DNA from: a bacterium
GTDB lineage: Bacteria; Electryoneota; JAOADG01
Length of the DNA: 64,000 nt
Direction: 5' to 3'
Assembly: GCA_963681965.1 (NCBI GenBank)
Contig: OY820579.1
Location: forward strand, 1,152,001-1,216,000
Within the stretch, counting starts at the first letter, position 1. Each line of letters begins with the position of its first letter. Both the position numbers and the translations under genes were made by a program. The notes beneath the pieces are model-generated. The model did not search any database, had not been told where the DNA came from, and worked only from the letters and a program-made list of their open reading frames with translations. Below, piece by piece: positions 61,235 through 64,000 of this stretch.

Positions 61235-61571
61235 AAAAAACCTCAATACTTCTATTCAGTCAAATTTACTTCGATTAGATCGATTGAACTGGATATATTG
61301 TACGAAAAAAAACTCAATAATTGAAGTATCGACCGGCAAATATGCGAGAGATCGTGATTGCAAACAATCTGCAGATGTGGAAAGATTCCGGCACAAATTG
61401 ATCAAAATCGACCGCATCATTTACCCCGAGAATCGATTGAAAATAGTGTCTAAAATCGCTTGGAAATGCTTTACTGCAAGCAGTTGCAATACCATCGCAT
61501 TAAACGTATTATATAAGGTTTAGTAGCAACACGAGGTACCGCTCTAACGGTAAGCAAGTTGATATATCTAA

Positions 61572-63569
<1,998 letters not shown>

Positions 63570-63749
63570 CTATTAAAAAGTGACGATCGAAATTCATTTC
63601 AGCAATTGTTCGGAATTATTAGATCGCTGTGAACTATTGAATATTCAACCATGCAAATCGGGAAACCTGCGTATTGATTTTATTATTATGTTTCAATGAA
63701 AACCGCCAAGGTTTTATTGGAAGCGTAGGTGCTGAAATAAGGAGTTAGT

Positions 63750-64000
63750 GTGTTCAATTTTGCATTGATCGGTGCATCGGGATATATCGCACCTCGTCAT
63801 TTGCGTGCGATCCACGAATCTGGAAATCGATTGGTTGCGGCGATCGATCCACACGATTCGGTTGGTGTTCTCGATCGCTATTTTCCTGAAGCACGGTTTT
63901 TTACCGAAATTGAACGTTTCGACCGGTTCCTCATGAATCTGGTTTTAAATAACGATGAGCGAAAAGTCGATTATATCAGTGTTTGTACTCCAAATTATCT
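63750..64000 (+). CDS. Gfo/Idh/MocA oxidoreductase (WbpB/WlbA-like), 3'-truncated
   Basis: AAGGAG RBS and GTG start. Reads FNFALIGASGYIAPRHLRAI...DSVGVLDRYFP...VDYISVCTPNY. Absent from the ORF track. Confidence 0.85.
   Translation, partial: MFNFALIGASGYIAPRHLRAIHESGNRLVAAIDPHDSVGVLDRYFPEARFFTEIERFDRFLMNLVLNNDERKVDYISVCTPNY

Noticed and set aside
61221-61523. 100-aa ORF upstream of gyrB
   Set aside because: It overlaps the start of the divergent gene, has no RBS or motifs, and is probably promoter DNA.

Overview
A chromosomal window, roughly 45-50% GC by eye, from a Gram-negative bacterium. It is most likely an FCB-superphylum lineage outside classical Bacteroidetes: it has FlgD/T9SS-type 'NYPNPFN' C-terminal domains and HmuY, but also Shine-Dalgarno sites and a sigma70-type promoter. 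Housekeeping content: aspS-phoH-7TM/HD-ybeY-corC-like, an RNase E/G gene, a divergent dnaA, purEK, a lipid A cluster (ICMT-like, lpxB, DUF374, lpxK), a Fur-family regulator, two class I aminotransferases, pckA, a peroxiredoxin, an OPT transporter and gyrB. Accessory content: three very large secreted repeat proteins, two TonB-dependent receptors (one paired with an HmuY-like lipoprotein), a GT-C glycosyltransferase, a low-GC gene pair, REP-like palindromes and one complete IS3-family element. I found no CRISPR array, tRNA, rRNA or recognisable riboswitch. Best leads: a possible surface-protein O-glycosylation link (dense D-S/T sequons next to a GT-C enzyme), possible lipid A methylation, an orphan DnaA paralog with phased repeats, several unrecognised structured leaders, and near-total GGCC avoidance with strong TCGA enrichment. 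All counts were made by eye and no database searches were run.
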